DNA of 64,000 bases from Eledone cirrhosa (taxonomy: Eukaryota). Both the position numbers and the translations under genes were made by a program. The stretch lies in NCBI GenBank assembly GCA_964016885.1, contig OZ024740.1, positions 41,912,001-41,976,000 on the forward strand, read 5' to 3'. Position 1 is the stretch's first letter. Each line of letters begins with the position of its first letter. Below are positions 16,064 through 29,080 of this stretch, in pieces. A model generated the notes under the pieces. The model was not told the DNA's origin, did not search any database, and was given only the letters and a program-made list of their open reading frames with translations.

Positions 16064-17699
16064 CATACACACTCACGCACACACACACATATATATATAT
16101 ACACACAGTCGCACAAAGACATATATATATATATATATAAATCTATATACATACATATAAATATATCGGCATGAGTTTATTTATGTGTGTGTAAGTTTGA
16201 TGGAGTATACATTGCAAGTTAATCTTAATAAATTCGACCGTAGGCTGGAGGAATAATATTATGCCACACGAAAACAAACAATTATTCTATGTAAATCAGT
16301 TAAAATGGAAGATCGATATGTTTATACTCCAGACAAAAGAGATAAGATTCTAACGACTGAATAAATGTTTTACTGGCATAAACTTTCAGTGACAGACTTA
16401 ACAAATACTTTTTTTAGAAGAGAATACTATGACAATTCTTGTTGTTGTGCTGCTTCTTTAAATAATAAGTTAGTTTGATAAGTTCGAAGAAACACAGAGA
16501 ATATTTACTGGAGGTCCTTATGGTCTACATTCATTGGTTCGTGACTGAACAGATGTTTGTGTGGGCTTGATTTCTTTCGAAACTGTAAATACACACACAC
16601 GGATACAGATACACATGCCCAGTTGTACAGACACAGTCAAACACACACACACGCAAACATATCGACACACTAAAAAATACATACACACACACAGAGGTTC
16701 TCACATACATATGCACACACACGCAAACACACGCATACAGATACATATGCCCAGATGTACAGACACGGACAAACACACACTCACACACAAACATATAGAC
16801 ACACTAACACACACACACATGCTCACACACACACATACACACACACAGACAAACACACGCACAGACATATAGACACACTAACACACACACGTACTTGTAC
16901 ACACACATACACAGACACACGCATACAGATACACGTATACAGACACACACACACACGTTATAAATGCGAACAAAATAACTTCAATTCAATGGTGTCCATG
17001 AACCACACAAATGCTGCCCATACTCGTAAACCCGAGACAACACACCCTGCATACTATATTAAATATAAAGTAAAATGAAATAATCAACTAATCACACACA
17101 TCAGAACTATGCCCTCAAACACACACCCATATTTAACAATAACTAATCCGATACTAATTACTGGTATAGAGGTGATGGACATCATCAGGCTGCAGCTGCC
17201 TTATTACGTAGTTTCTCTATATCTGCAGCGACCATTACTCCGCTAAACAATCAGTAGTGCAGTTACACAATCAGTAGTTCACCTATATTGAATCAAATCA
17301 ACCACCAATTAAGAAACTTCAACAATACATCACCGTTGAATAAAAAACCGAAAACATTAAACTTATTTGACCCTTCATTAAATCAAAATACGGCACTAAC
17401 ATTAAGAAATCTCAACAAAATACTAATCACTTAACGATGAAAACAAGAAGCAGAAGCAGAAACATTAACATATGTATGTATGTTCTTCTGGTTTTATAAT
17501 TTCACAAATGTTTACCAATAGAGAGAGAGTCGGTTTCTAACATAGACGCAAAACTCTTTCATTGGAATTTAAACATCAACTAGGTAGATATGTCTGCACG
17601 TCTGCATGCATGTGTAGGTATGGATGTTATTGTATGTGTGGATGTGGATGTTTTGAGTTGTATGTATGCATGTGTATACGCTTTGTATCTGTATATGTG

Positions 17700-18040
17700 T
17701 ATATGCAGTGATTAGACGCAAAATATTTGGAATGTTTTACATATTTTTTACTGTTCCATTAATGGATTGTACTTATAATTTCCTAACTAGTTGTGTTCTT
17801 TCTGTTCCTGTGAAACCCAGCTTCTCAAGATTTGTATTGAGGCAGTTACTAACATATCCCAATGCCCCAATAATCACAGGTATAAATCTGAAGGTGTAAT
17901 CAGGGTGGAGTATCTGCAGATTTCTCATTAGTTCTGCATAGATATTCTCCTTTTCGCTAATCTTTGATATTATATTGGCATCTGCTGGGCAGCTAACTTC
18001 CACTACTGTGCATGCCTTCTTTTCCCTGTTCCAATATCAT
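17700..18040 (-). mobile_element. R4/Dong-like RLE non-LTR retrotransposon, C-terminal fragment
   Basis: WNREKKACTVVEVSCPADANIISKISEKENIYAEL..FIPVIIGALG is typical of the restriction-like endonuclease end. Confidence 0.75.
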
Positions 18041-18121
18041 TTTATGTATGTATGTATGTATGTATGTATGTATGTATGTATGTATGTATGTATGTATGTA
18101 TGTATGTATGTATGTATGTAT

Positions 18122-18900
18122 GTCTCATGGTCGGGTCGCCGTCGACTAAACTGCCAACCCCACCAAGCTTATTTGGTGAGGAGGGTGATATTTGGACATC
18201 CTGCGGAATGAAATGCAAGACCTGGCAAAGGGTGGAGGAACTCAGCAGAGTCAACGGCCATCCAAATAGTACCTTTTTCCACCTGGGAGTGAAAGGCTCC
18301 AGTTGATGCACCTTTCTAGGAGAGGGAAACTCTGAAAAAAACCAAAAAAACCTGTGGCTTCGGCAACATCCGATGATGTTGACAAGTTCTCATTTTCGGT
18401 AGTGTTTTTGATGCTCAGAGAGTGGGAGTAGTCGAGTCAAGGCTTTTCCCGACTTAAAAAATCTTCAAAGCACAGGCATTGCTTGTTCAGAATCTGTTAC
18501 AAGAGATTGCAATACAAAAAACAAAACCTGACAAAGAGCGGCAGAACTCATAAGAGATAACGGCCATCCAAAAATATGTAAATATGTATATACATGTGTA
18601 TATATGTGTATATGTATATATGTATATACATGTATACATATATGTAAATTTGCGCGGGGACATAGAAATAATCGAGCTGAATACCCGATCGCTCGGTTAA
18701 ACAACTGGGAGTGAAGGATCCCTAGCCTTTATCAGAACATTATTCTAGGAGAAGGCAACTCGGAAAACTGGGATAGCGCCGACATAAAACCTGCGGCTCA
18801 ATAGTTACCGTTGATGTTGATCTTTTCTTCTTTTCGGTTTATAGCTACTGTCGCTCAGAGAGTGGGATTGGCTCAGTGCACAGTCTTTCCTCATTCATAT
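18122..18900 (+). mobile_element. Non-autonomous RTE-derived element, two adjacent partial copies
   Basis: Shares GGTCGGGTCG..GACTAAACTG, GGTGAGGAGGGT, AGAGTCAACGGCCATCC, CTAGGAGA[A/G]GG[A/C]AACTC and CAGAGAGTGGGA with 29081-29860 and 53459-53969. It is preceded by (TATG)n. Confidence 0.7.
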
Positions 18901-19153
18901 CTTTTATCTATAACATCTCTGTCGGACGACCGATCCAGACATATATTATTAGTGTCTGTGATCCAGAAACCTTTGGTAATGGAGTAGTTATATTTTGTGT
19001 TGTTCACTTTCTAATTAAATAGCTCTGTTCTATACACAGAGCACTCTTTTCTCCTTTGCTTTTCCTTCGGAATTACCTAACACATATACTTCCTACATAT
19101 ACAAACATGCATGCATGCATGCACACACACACAGACACACAGACACACACACA

Positions 19154-19200
<47 letters not shown>

Positions 19201-19541
19201 GGTCTGGTCTGGCTTGTGCCTGTTACTGGTACCATGTAACCCTGTACAACCTGCGGATGAACTCCTCAGTCAATGGCCAACTACCCCCAACTATGGGTTA
19301 AATAGCCTCACCAACATACAATTGGTCAAGCGTGGTGAGTACGGCTACACCACTGATATGTCCAAAACCAAACAGAAAGCGTTAGAGGTTAACCAGGGAG
19401 GCATTCTTCTAACAGGAGTGAATGAAAAGGCCAGATCGATACAGATCGAACCATGAGCTGATCAATAGCGAACGGCGTGTCACCAATCAATAAACGTAAT
19501 GAAGGCTTAACAAATCGTCTTTGTATTATTATATTATACTA

Positions 19542-19697
19542 TATTGGCAGTATCGGTAGAGGGTCGGACGCCATGGTTTGCAGCAAAGTGTTACGGCCCT
19601 TTATGGTCTGAGTTAACTTTGCCTTTCAATAAAATAAAGTACTAGTAATACACTGGGATAATTACTGACCTTGTGCCAAAAGTAGAAACAATTATTA
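19542..19697 (+). mobile_element. SINE family 1, internally deleted
   Basis: TTGGCAGTATCGGTAGAGGGTCGGACGCC..CCTTGTGCCAAAAGTAGAAACAATTA. Confidence 0.8.
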
Positions 19698-19699
19698 TG

Positions 19700-19734
<35 letters not shown>

Positions 19735-20317
19735 ATACATTAACAGAGAAAGCTTTAAGCTATACTCTGACTGGTTTCCATCTCACTCAACAAACATTAG
19801 GATATACCTTAGTATAATCCCAATTTTACGTTTGGGGTGCTAACTATATGTATTTTGCGGATAGCCAGTTGTATTATTTTATATGAGACATAATTAAAAT
19901 ACATCTCCCTTTCCAAACAATTGTTTCATTATAAGTTTTCTACAAGTTGGGAAAAATGTGTCCAGGTTATGTAGAAGCCTGCACATATTCCGTAGGAATA
20001 TATGCAGGTGGGCACTTATAAATCATCAGTGGATGCCCGTCAAACATCGATATAAAAAAAACTTTCTTACCGATATTCAATATTCAATGTCTAGCGATGG
20101 TCCCTCTCCGTATCAGAATGACCGCCAAATTTTAAATTCCAGCAGTCTCAGAATGAGAAATTTCACACTGTCCTCAAGCGGAAAGGGGAGGTCATCGCGA
20201 AACATAATAAAATAATATGCACGCGGGTCAATTAATTATTTCAATAACTTTAACCCTGCGTGCGAAGAACTCAATTAGATTTAAAAAAAATAAATATATG
20301 CATGCATAATTTATACA

Positions 20318-20370
<53 letters not shown>

Positions 20371-20373
<3 letters not shown>

Positions 20374-20613
20374 GTAGGTAGTGTGATGAAATACTGATGT
20401 TGGTACCAAATCACGCACTCTATGCACAGACAGAGTGTATATAATAGAAACAAACAGGAAGTTTCGTTTACATATGAAAAGTATTTATTGCGTTTCGCAG
20501 AGAATTGGCTCAAGGTGACCCATAGGGGTTATTGACCCGACTCCAGTATCGATCTGCTCCTCAGACTGGTGATGTTACAAAAGATATATTTTTGTTGTGG
20601 TATGTGAGCCGAG

Positions 20614-20618
<5 letters not shown>
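20371..20618 (-). mobile_element. Degenerate relative of the long-stem-II hammerhead family, in (TA)n
   Basis: The minus strand reads CTGAGGA-GCAGA..(about 55 nt)..TCTGC-GAAACG, with stem III and the 3' strand of stem I apparently deleted. About 37 bp (20456-20493) recur inverted at 21120-21156. Confidence 0.5.
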
Positions 20619-20681
<63 letters not shown>

Positions 20682-21164
20682 AATCAGCCCTATTTTCTTT
20701 CGTGTGTGGGCGTTTGTATGTATTTCTGTGTAATTGATGTGGCGTCAATACGGATGTGTATTCACCGATATTCATGTGCGTGTCTACTTGAGCGCTCGAG
20801 CAATTAAATATTCGTGCGTGCGTTTTGGAATGTGTATTGGTCAGTCAAAAACTTGCTTTGATGTAAACAGGAAACAGTGGTTTGTGGTGGTGGTGGTGGT
20901 GGGGGGGGGGGGGGTACACACTTGGGCGACCCGGTGTTAGTTCATCGAGTCGGTAAAGACATTTCAGGTTTTTGTCAAAGAATAAAAAAAAAAGGGATTG
21001 TATGGTTCTGGATAGTATTTGTAAAATGTAGAAATTCAACATCACATATGAGTCACTTTACAGGTTGTTGAATTTCTACATTTGCATATCAACCCTTTAC
21101 GTGACGTAACGGGTCGATACGCAATAAATATTTTTCATATGTAAACGAAACTTCCTCGTTTTAC

Positions 21165-21262
<98 letters not shown>

Positions 21263-21289
21263 ATATACACGGGTGTGTATGATTGTGTA

Positions 21290-22787
21290 TAGAAGATTAT
21301 ATTAATAAAAGGAATTCCAATTTTGTCTGATTTACTCGTTTTATTTACAATCCTTTAAAATGTATAATGGTATTAGAATGCAATAGTATGGTAGAATATT
21401 AAATGTTAAGTGTTAATTGAACAAGTACTTTAATTCTTTCGCAATCTTCAGGTTCATATTCTGTGGTGACAGTCAAGTTTGCAATTTTCAACTGTCATGA
21501 GATGGGTAAATTCTGTGCCTTATATACAGTGAAAAGCGGCTACAGGATGCTAAATTTTGAAAACTGTATTTCGACCAATCGGTGTATAGTTTCACTGGAT
21601 TACTGGATTACAGCTGATTGGTTTAGGCGTCTAACGACCACTAATTGATCCTATCCAAAGCATCAATTGTTTTGCTATTTTTAGAAATGATGAAAATAGC
21701 ATTTTCTAGTAATCATCACCATCAACATCACTTTTATTATTATTATTATTATTGTTGTTGTTGTTGTTAGTGGTCGTAGTCATAGTCATAGTAGGATACC
21801 CCATTATTATTGTTCATTTAGCTTGGGTTGGAATTTATCAATAAAATTCTTTTCCTTGATTTATCTCTTGATTTCACTTGGGCTGTGTAATTTGTAGGAT
21901 GGAAATATTATAAATATTCTCTGACCACATGTTGCTAGATGGTTACTCAGGGATATCTGACGGACATTTGGGCTCTGATTTGCTGTCGGTACACCCGTGC
22001 ACGTTCCGATAGTGCATTTCCAGTTTGACCGACATATAGTTCTTCACAATTCAGGCAGTTAATGCAGTAAATTAGATTTCTGCTTTTGCAGTTCATATTT
22101 GTATTTGGGAATATTTTTCCAGTTTTTGTGTTCATATATTGACCGGAGTGTATGGATTGACATGTACCACATCGACTATCATTGCATTTAGATACAGTGA
22201 ATGATTGGTCTTTGTTATTAAGGTCAAACTTTGCTTTTGTTAGTAATTGCTTCAAATTTTTCGGCTGTCTTTTACTAAGAGTCAAAGATCGTTTTAATTC
22301 ATTACTTTGAGCAATGATCGGTAGGTTTGCTTTGGCAGTGTTGAAGATATTCTGGTGACATGGGTTGTGTGTCATTATAAATGGTATGACCAGTTCTTGG
22401 TTTCTTCTTCCTTGGGTTGTCCTAAGTTGTTGTATAGGTATTTTTATAGCCAGCTGTATGCCATTTTCTATGAGTAGAGATGGGTATTTTTGTTTGAGCA
22501 AACATTCTCTCAGTTCTGTTAGGCGTTTGTTCCTGGTATTCGTATCTTCTACAATGGTACAAATTCTTCTGACTAGGCAGTATGGGATGTTGCATTTTGT
22601 ATGAGGTGGATGGCACGACTTAAAATTCAGATATTGATGGGTGTCTGTGTGTTTATAATATATATCCGTGGTAATGGTGGTGTCGCCTTTGATTACCATT
22701 ATATCTAGGAGATATAATGGTAATCAAAAACGACACCACCATTACCACGGATATATATTATAAACACAAAGACACCCATCAATATTT
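21290..22787 (-). mobile_element. Penelope-like element (Neptune-like), 5'-truncated with a short 5' inversion
   Basis: RT thumb plus GIY-YIG ORF at 21947-22699. Bases 22633-22706 recur inverted at 22710-22786. A degenerate HHR (GAAC-CTGAAGA-TTGC-GAAAG..CTT-GTTC) lies on - at about 21417-21456. Confidence 0.85.
21820..22699 (-). pseudogene. Penelope-like RT C-terminus and GIY-YIG endonuclease
   Basis: TDIYYKHTDTHQYLNFKSCHP, RQPKNLKQLL, CNDSRCGTC and NCKSRNLIYCINCLNCEELYVGQTG. The end is frameshifted. Confidence 0.88.
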
Positions 22788-22796
22788 TCTCTCTCC

Positions 22797-22912
<116 letters not shown>

Positions 22913-23379
22913 GTGGAGAAGTATATAAAGGCGAACAAACCGTTAAAACATGTTTATTTAAAACAGCACCTACGTACGTTTCGCCCGAATGGGCTTCTCA
23001 AGGGCATAAAAAGCTAAAAACCGTCCCTTACATGACCCAGAATGGGTTTTTAGAAATAAGTTCACATCACAGTTCATTCTTCGTAAAAAACATGTATTGA
23101 TTTTGCAGTAGGTCAAGGGAGATAACTCTAGTCGGTGTTAGAGCAGTGTTCCCCAGGCAACGTTTTACCCGTTATTACTTTGTGATTACTGCTTTACCAT
23201 TGTCGATTCGAGCAGGGTCAGGGATGCAAAGTGAATTTTCAGATGTTCGTTTGCTGCGCCTGCACGCCGGGGTCGATTTATGCCGGGTCTGGGATGCATG
23301 GTTAGTTTCCCGATGTTCTTTGCAGCGCCTGCCCGCTGGGGTGTTAAGTTTTGGTGCAGGGTGACCCGGTTTACGGTTT

Positions 23380-25516
23380 TCACTCCTCATTCTTATTCCA
23401 TCTGGAGTAAGAGATTTTTAAGCGGTGCGTACAATTTATCGTCGTTTCTGCTCTGCTGTTGATGAGCTCGTGGGGTGCCGTTATGATATGGTAAAGCTCC
23501 ATGAGGCAAAGCTCGCACTTCCTCTTGAAATTGTTCGGTGCTGCTCTGCCGACAATTTCCCAGTGCGTGGAGAAGCTGATGTTTGAGTCTTTTAATGCTG
23601 TGATGTAATTCGCGAGCGAAGTGGAGTGTCTTAGTTTCTTGTTTGCGAAAGAGTGGAGATGTGTTCTAAATATATTTTTGAACAGGCCAGAGGTAGCCCC
23701 TATATAATGTTTAACGCTATTGTGGCTAGTTACGGTGCACCTACAAATAACGCTATCAGTCAGGCAGTTTGCCCCTAAGGGGGCAGCGTCCCCTGTCACG
23801 GCAGTTGTACTTTCGGTCGCAGTCCATTCTAGTTCCCAAGGTAAGGCTATTATTATTGCTATCTATGTTGTTACCTACGCCCCTACACCTGTCATTGGTA
23901 CTATTATCACCCACTATGTGCGGAGTAGTACCATTATCATTCCGCACGCCGCAGCTGTTGTCGTCGCTGTTGTCGTCGGGTGACCCGTTCCGGTCACCTG
24001 CATATTCCCCAGTCATGTCGCGGTTATGTTGGTTGCGTCTGAAGTGGCTCTTGCCAGTACTATTGGGTGCTGCTAGGGAATCGTTAAGGCCGATATAGTT
24101 GTCAGGTGTAGGTGTATCGCTGCTAATGTGCTGTGTTTTGGTTATCTTATTGTGATTAGTTGTTCCTATGATGTCTGCTAGGTTAGGAGTAGTAGAGAAG
24201 GATATTTTTATATTGTTCCTATTAAGGATTTTCCTATACTTATGGTTGGGTAGGAAGTTCTTATCTAAGGCTTCGAAGAATATCCGGGGTATGTCGGAGG
24301 CCACACTCCGAGAGTAGGGAGGATGGAACCATAGGACGTTACGGTGGCGATTCCGTGTCTTTGTATGTTTGCTAAGGGTTGTGCTATCGGGGTGACCGTT
24401 ATTATGCATGTTATTGTGCTGCAGCCCGTTACGCTTTATGCTCGGGTGCACTCGGCTTCCTTCTGCTACGTTTATGTATAGGAAGAAGCTGGTTGGAAGG
24501 CGTTGGTAGTAGGCCATCGCCTTTGTTGATCTTATAGTAGGGGAATAACTCAAGTAGGCTACAGTGGTCACTGTCACCGGTGTCGTGATCCTTATTGTGT
24601 GGTAAGATACCAATACTATCGCTTGTATAATTGACATTGCGGCCGTGTTCCTTAGTGCGATTCTCTATACTATTATTTCTGACTCTATCAAAGCCGCCGC
24701 ATGTTCGGTTATAGGTATGGCTTACTATAACGTTAGTCTTATGAGAGGGGTAGTTTCTGGAGCTAACATTAGGGATGTAGGAGATTCTTCGGTTAAAACC
24801 GGCTCTTAGCAAGGCCTTGTAGTAATCTGACGCTTGGTTGAAGATTTCCTCATTGGCGGAGAGCCTCGAGGTCCTGTCTGTGATGCTATATACTATGGAG
24901 TTGAGAGTCTGCTTAGGGTGGTTAGAGGCATAATTAATATAAGATAGGCTCTCTCCGGGCTTATGGTATGGCTTGTATAGGTCCGTACTCAACTCCGGGG
25001 TCACGCCCAGGAAGTTGACAACCTGGTGGTTGAGGTCCATAGTTACGGATAGGCCGTATGACTTGAAGAACCTGTGTATGTGATTGTTAAGGTTCTCTAT
25101 TCTGCGGGTCTATGCTTCCTAACGGTAAACAGGGCGTCGTCTCTATATACACATCCTTGTAGAGCCGGTATCTCGTCCCTAAGCCTATGGAGGAGGTGTA
25201 TTCCGACCAGGTCGGTTGCTTGCACCGAGTCACTGGACCCATCGTGATATTGAAGTTATCAGGACGGTTGGTTCGGGTCCAGTTGGAGCCTTCGAACTGG
25301 ATAATGGTTCTACGCGCCGCTAGAACTATATCTATCTCTTTTTTAGTGAGCCTAGTGTTAGAATTAGCTAAGATGAGTGCCTTATTTAAGAGTATAGGGG
25401 AGATAGAAGCGTAGTAACTATCTATGTCAAACTGGATGAACTTCAGGGTCGCTTTATCAGGCAACTCGGTCAACCAATCAGTGACCTGGTCGGTGTTGCT
25501 CCAGCGGCAGACCTTA
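23380..25516 (-). pseudogene. Naiad-like reverse transcriptase and GIY-YIG endonuclease, frameshifted
   Basis: WSNTDQVTDW, FIQFDIDSYYASI, FNITMG, YRDD (about 25135-25146), VNFLGVT, SNHP, RNVLWFHPPYS, ILNRNNIKISFS, NCRDRGRCPL, HYIGATSG, STSLANYI and CELCLMEL..CTHR. Confidence 0.9.
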
Positions 25517-25546
25517 GGTCATGTAAGGGACGCTTTTTAGTTTTTT

Positions 25547-25588
25547 ATGCCCTTGAGAAGCCCATTCGGGCGAAACGTACGTAGGTGC
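25547..25588 (+). ncRNA. Minimal type I hammerhead, U3-A8 core variant (sense copy on - at about 22966-23007)
   Basis: GCCC-TTGAGAA-GCCC ATTC GGGC-GAAA-CGTACG-TA-GGTGC. Stem II is perfect, stem III is palindromic and stem I has one bulge. Confidence 0.8.
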
Positions 25589-26064
25589 TGTTTTAAATAA
25601 ACATGTTTTAACGGTTTTTTCTCCGTTATATACTTCTCCACGTGTATCCGCTCTGCTGATTTTCTCGCCCACTAGATATTAACACTTCTAATATTTAACA
25701 CTACAGGCACAAGTATTGAGCACCTTTTGCATATGCTATTGCCAAATAACTACATGTATCGCCTATCTCTTCTTCTCTCTTTCGATACTTAAATATTATA
25801 TATATATATATCTGTGTGTTATGTGTATCCAATCCAGTGCCTTTTTACTCCTTTTGGAGGAACCCGTTCCTGGTTTACCTCCAACGCTTTCTGTTGGTTT
25901 TGGACATATCAACGGTGTAGCCGTACTTACCAACTTGTTATCTTCGTTACTAATGTATTACAACAACAATTCAGCAGTATTAAAGATACAAGAATCAATG
26001 CACATCTTCACTGTAGTCTTCTATAAAAGTGAGAACGGACAAGAGTATGCAAAGGAAATTTGCT

Positions 26065-26420
26065 AGCAGGATTTCTGCATGATTGGAAGTTACAGCTGGA
26101 TTTGAAGAAAACGCTCATATTCCCAAGCCATATTGCTATAACGACACAACGCCCTGTTCTTGTGGCAAGGTGTGACTTGACAAAAAAAAAAATCGTCCTG
26201 ATTTTTATGTAAACACTGCCTTGAGAAGATGATATGGAGTGGATTCACGAAAGAACACAACATATAAAAAAGTTAAAGATTCGTGCGAGTTATGTACTTC
26301 ACACTGTACGTTGTTTCCAGTAGAGGCAGGAGGTTACGGATTTGTTGCTAGAACCACAGTCTGGAATTGAACTAAAAAAATAGGGTAGAGTGGAGATTCA
26401 AGAACTGTAGACTGAAGCAG
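26065..26420 (+). mobile_element. HERO-like RLE non-LTR retrotransposon 3' remnant
   Basis: DWKLQLDLKKTLIFPSHIAITTQRP, P*EDDMEWIHER and LFPVEAGGYGFVART in broken frames. Confidence 0.7.
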
Positions 26421-26689
26421 AAAATGTTTCCTTATGGATCTGGAAGAAGCATTTAAAAGGAATACGAAAGCCGAGAGCAGTAGTGTATGATGTTACAGAA
26501 TTAATCGGTTTTGAAAGATTTCCACTTGAAGATCTTATATTTATGGCTGATATAGAAATGTTTAGTTTAGATATTAATGGAGAAAGTGAGTGTAAATTAT
26601 ATCTTTATCCGTTTGTTAAACATCCTTCCAAAACCTGTCCGATTGTTTGTGCTGAAGATCCGAATCATACACACTCAATGCAATGTGGT

Positions 26690-26975
26690 GTCCGTAGTCT
26701 ATGAAGCTGAATTCACCTCGATATTTTCAGACAAATCTGCAGAAGTTAAGGCCTACGTGGTTATTTCGAAAGGCAAGTTTAAACATCACTTCTTAAATCA
26801 CAAATCCAGATACCTGGATATGATAAATAAAACGTTAGCTAACTATGTATGGAAAATATAAGACAGCAAGGCGGACATAACCATCAAATAGAAAATACTT
26901 GAAAGATGAAGATCTTATTCTAACGGCTACAAATAATGTCAATTATGAATGACCGAGACGTGGAATATTTTTCAA
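26690..26975 (+). pseudogene. Decayed Naiad-like GIY-YIG endonuclease fragment
   Basis: SVVYEAE..KAYVVISKGKFKHHFLNHKS..TLANYVWKI*DSKADITIK*KILER*RSYSNGYK*CQL*MTE reads in one frame. Confidence 0.75.
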
Positions 26976-27144
26976 ACAATTTAAAAAAATCCCTTAGCTG
27001 CTTCAAATTCAACTAGGTATTATTGATTAGCCTTTGGAAACAGTTCACCTTTGCACCTATAATATGGACCTCCCCAAAACATGTATGTATGTGCGCGGTT
27101 AACTCAGCGAGAGTGAGATACAAACATTACTAAATAACATACAT

Positions 27145-27325
27145 GGTGGATTGGCAGTATCCGTAGAGGGTCGGACTCCATACTTTGCAGCACAGTTACG
27201 TCCCTTTACGGATTGAGTTCTAATCCCGCCGAGGTTAACTTTGCATTTCATGCTTACGGCGTCGATAAAATAAAGTACCAGTAATACACTGGTATAATTG
27301 CTGGCCTTGTGCCAAAAGTATAAAC

Positions 27326-27330
<5 letters not shown>
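27145..27330 (+). mobile_element. SINE family 1
   Basis: Full consensus match, ending in a TA tract. Confidence 0.85.
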
Positions 27331-27401
<71 letters not shown>

Positions 27402-27844
27402 TATAGAGTAAAGCATGTCCAGAGAATTATTTGATAATATATATACATCATCTCTACTCCCAATCAGCATAATTAACCACACAAAACATCAATTAGACCA
27501 GGCTATAAGATTAAAAGGCACCTATGAAGAAACAGTAAATAAATACGCCACAGCGGCGTCTTCGCGTCCAACCGCTATAGAATATTTACCCAACATTTCA
27601 ACAGCACGTGGAAATTAATTAAATATGCGGTCAACCATACATAATTAGGTAAAAATTCAAGTTAGAAATGCTTATATACATACCAGGATGTTTATTAAGT
27701 CAAATACTAAATATAAGAACTCTCAACCTCCACATTATTCATTGAGAGTATTTTAATTGGCAGTGCAACTTCATCGGTAGTGTTAAATCAAACTGTTAAT
27801 ATAGTTATTCTTTCTCTCGCTGTCTCTCTTTCTCTGTCTCTTTC

Positions 27845-27875
<31 letters not shown>

Positions 27876-28080
27876 GTAATAATAATAAATGTGAAGACTA
27901 AATCCAAAGAGGGCTCGATAAGGATAAATATATATAAAATATATAAGAACCGTAGAGCAAATACTTGTTAAAATAACAGATTAATGTTTAAGTAAAGAAT
28001 CGCTGCTTTCACCCTTTCAGAAGATCGCTTTAAGGGTGAAAGCAGCGATTCTTTGCTTAAACTTTAATCTGTTATTTTAA
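27876..28080. repeat. Short fold-back module
   Basis: Arms at about 27970-28015 and 28032-28079. The arm GGGTGAAAGCAGCGATTCTTTG..TTAATCTGTTATTTT also occurs at 6878-6922. The left end GTAATAATAATAAA..GAAGACTAAA is shared with 56171. Confidence 0.7.
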
Positions 28081-28490
28081 TAATATATATAAAGTACCAG
28101 TAATGCACTGGATTATTGCTAGCCTTGTGCCTAAAGTAGAAACAAATATGTATATGTATATATATATATATATATATTCTGTATCTTGATCGCTCATGAA
28201 ATCCACCCAGCTTATGCTGACCGGATAACCATGTTGCTTGTTTATTCCCATCTTTGCGTTGCTTTCATCCTTCTATGTTGTTTACTTGTCTCACTCGCTT
28301 TACGCGATTTACTTAGCTTTATTTAGCTATTGCTCGCACCAACCTGACGTATATGATTTTTAATGCGATGAAATATCAATGATGGTTGGCAAATCACTGA
28401 CGAAGGACTATTTTTATCATATGTAACCCATGTGCAACCACGCAGTATTCTTCTTTCTTCTCATGTTTTTATATATATATATATATATAT

Positions 28491-28722
28491 AGAGGTGTAT
28501 GGTGCAAGATAATTGCGCCCGTAGGCGGTATGCCCGGTGAGCATTCGATGCTCGCGTAGAACAAAGTATAATAATATAAGAATAAAGGAACAAAGAATCA
28601 GTGCTGCATCATAACATAGTTAATAATATATTACATATGTTTCACTGTAGATCAGCTCGAGGAACGATCTATTATTGATCGAACCTGACTTTGAAATCGA
28701 AAGATCCTCAGATGTATATTTG
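28491..28722 (-). mobile_element. pLTR-like module with a long-stem-II hammerhead (family M)
   Basis: The minus strand reads ATACAT-CTGAGGA-(about 60 nt)-GAAA-CATATG-TA-ATATAT. It is homologous to 59946-60347 and 60671-61009. Confidence 0.7.
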
Positions 28723-28778
28723 TAGATGTACGTATATATGTATGTGTTGACATGTTTATGTGTGTAGTTATGTATGTG

Positions 28779-28816
<38 letters not shown>

Positions 28817-28817
<1 letters not shown>

Positions 28818-28967
28818 CGAGGGAAAAGTGGTAAGGAACCAGGTGGACCATAACGCACCAAAGTAGTCAATACTTAGGGTAGTAGAGTGGGTAATAGGAG
28901 TAAGTAAGACCCCGACGGCTGAGCTCAAGCCGTTTCGACGGCTAATTCTGTCGGGGTCTTACTTACT

Positions 28968-28970
<3 letters not shown>
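28817..28970 (-). mobile_element. Family B half-hammerhead module with a short fold-back
   Basis: Same sequence as 56558-56757 and 59694-59893. The inverted arm restarts at GTC^GGGGTC, the predicted cleavage site. Confidence 0.8.
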
Positions 28971-29055
<85 letters not shown>

Positions 29056-29080
29056 TGCATGCATGCATGTATGTATGTAT

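Noticed and set aside
23030-23799. Selenocysteine/SECIS in the long Naiad-like element
   Set aside because: Its visible Cys motifs use ordinary Cys codons, and I saw no convincing SECIS in the 3' UTR.
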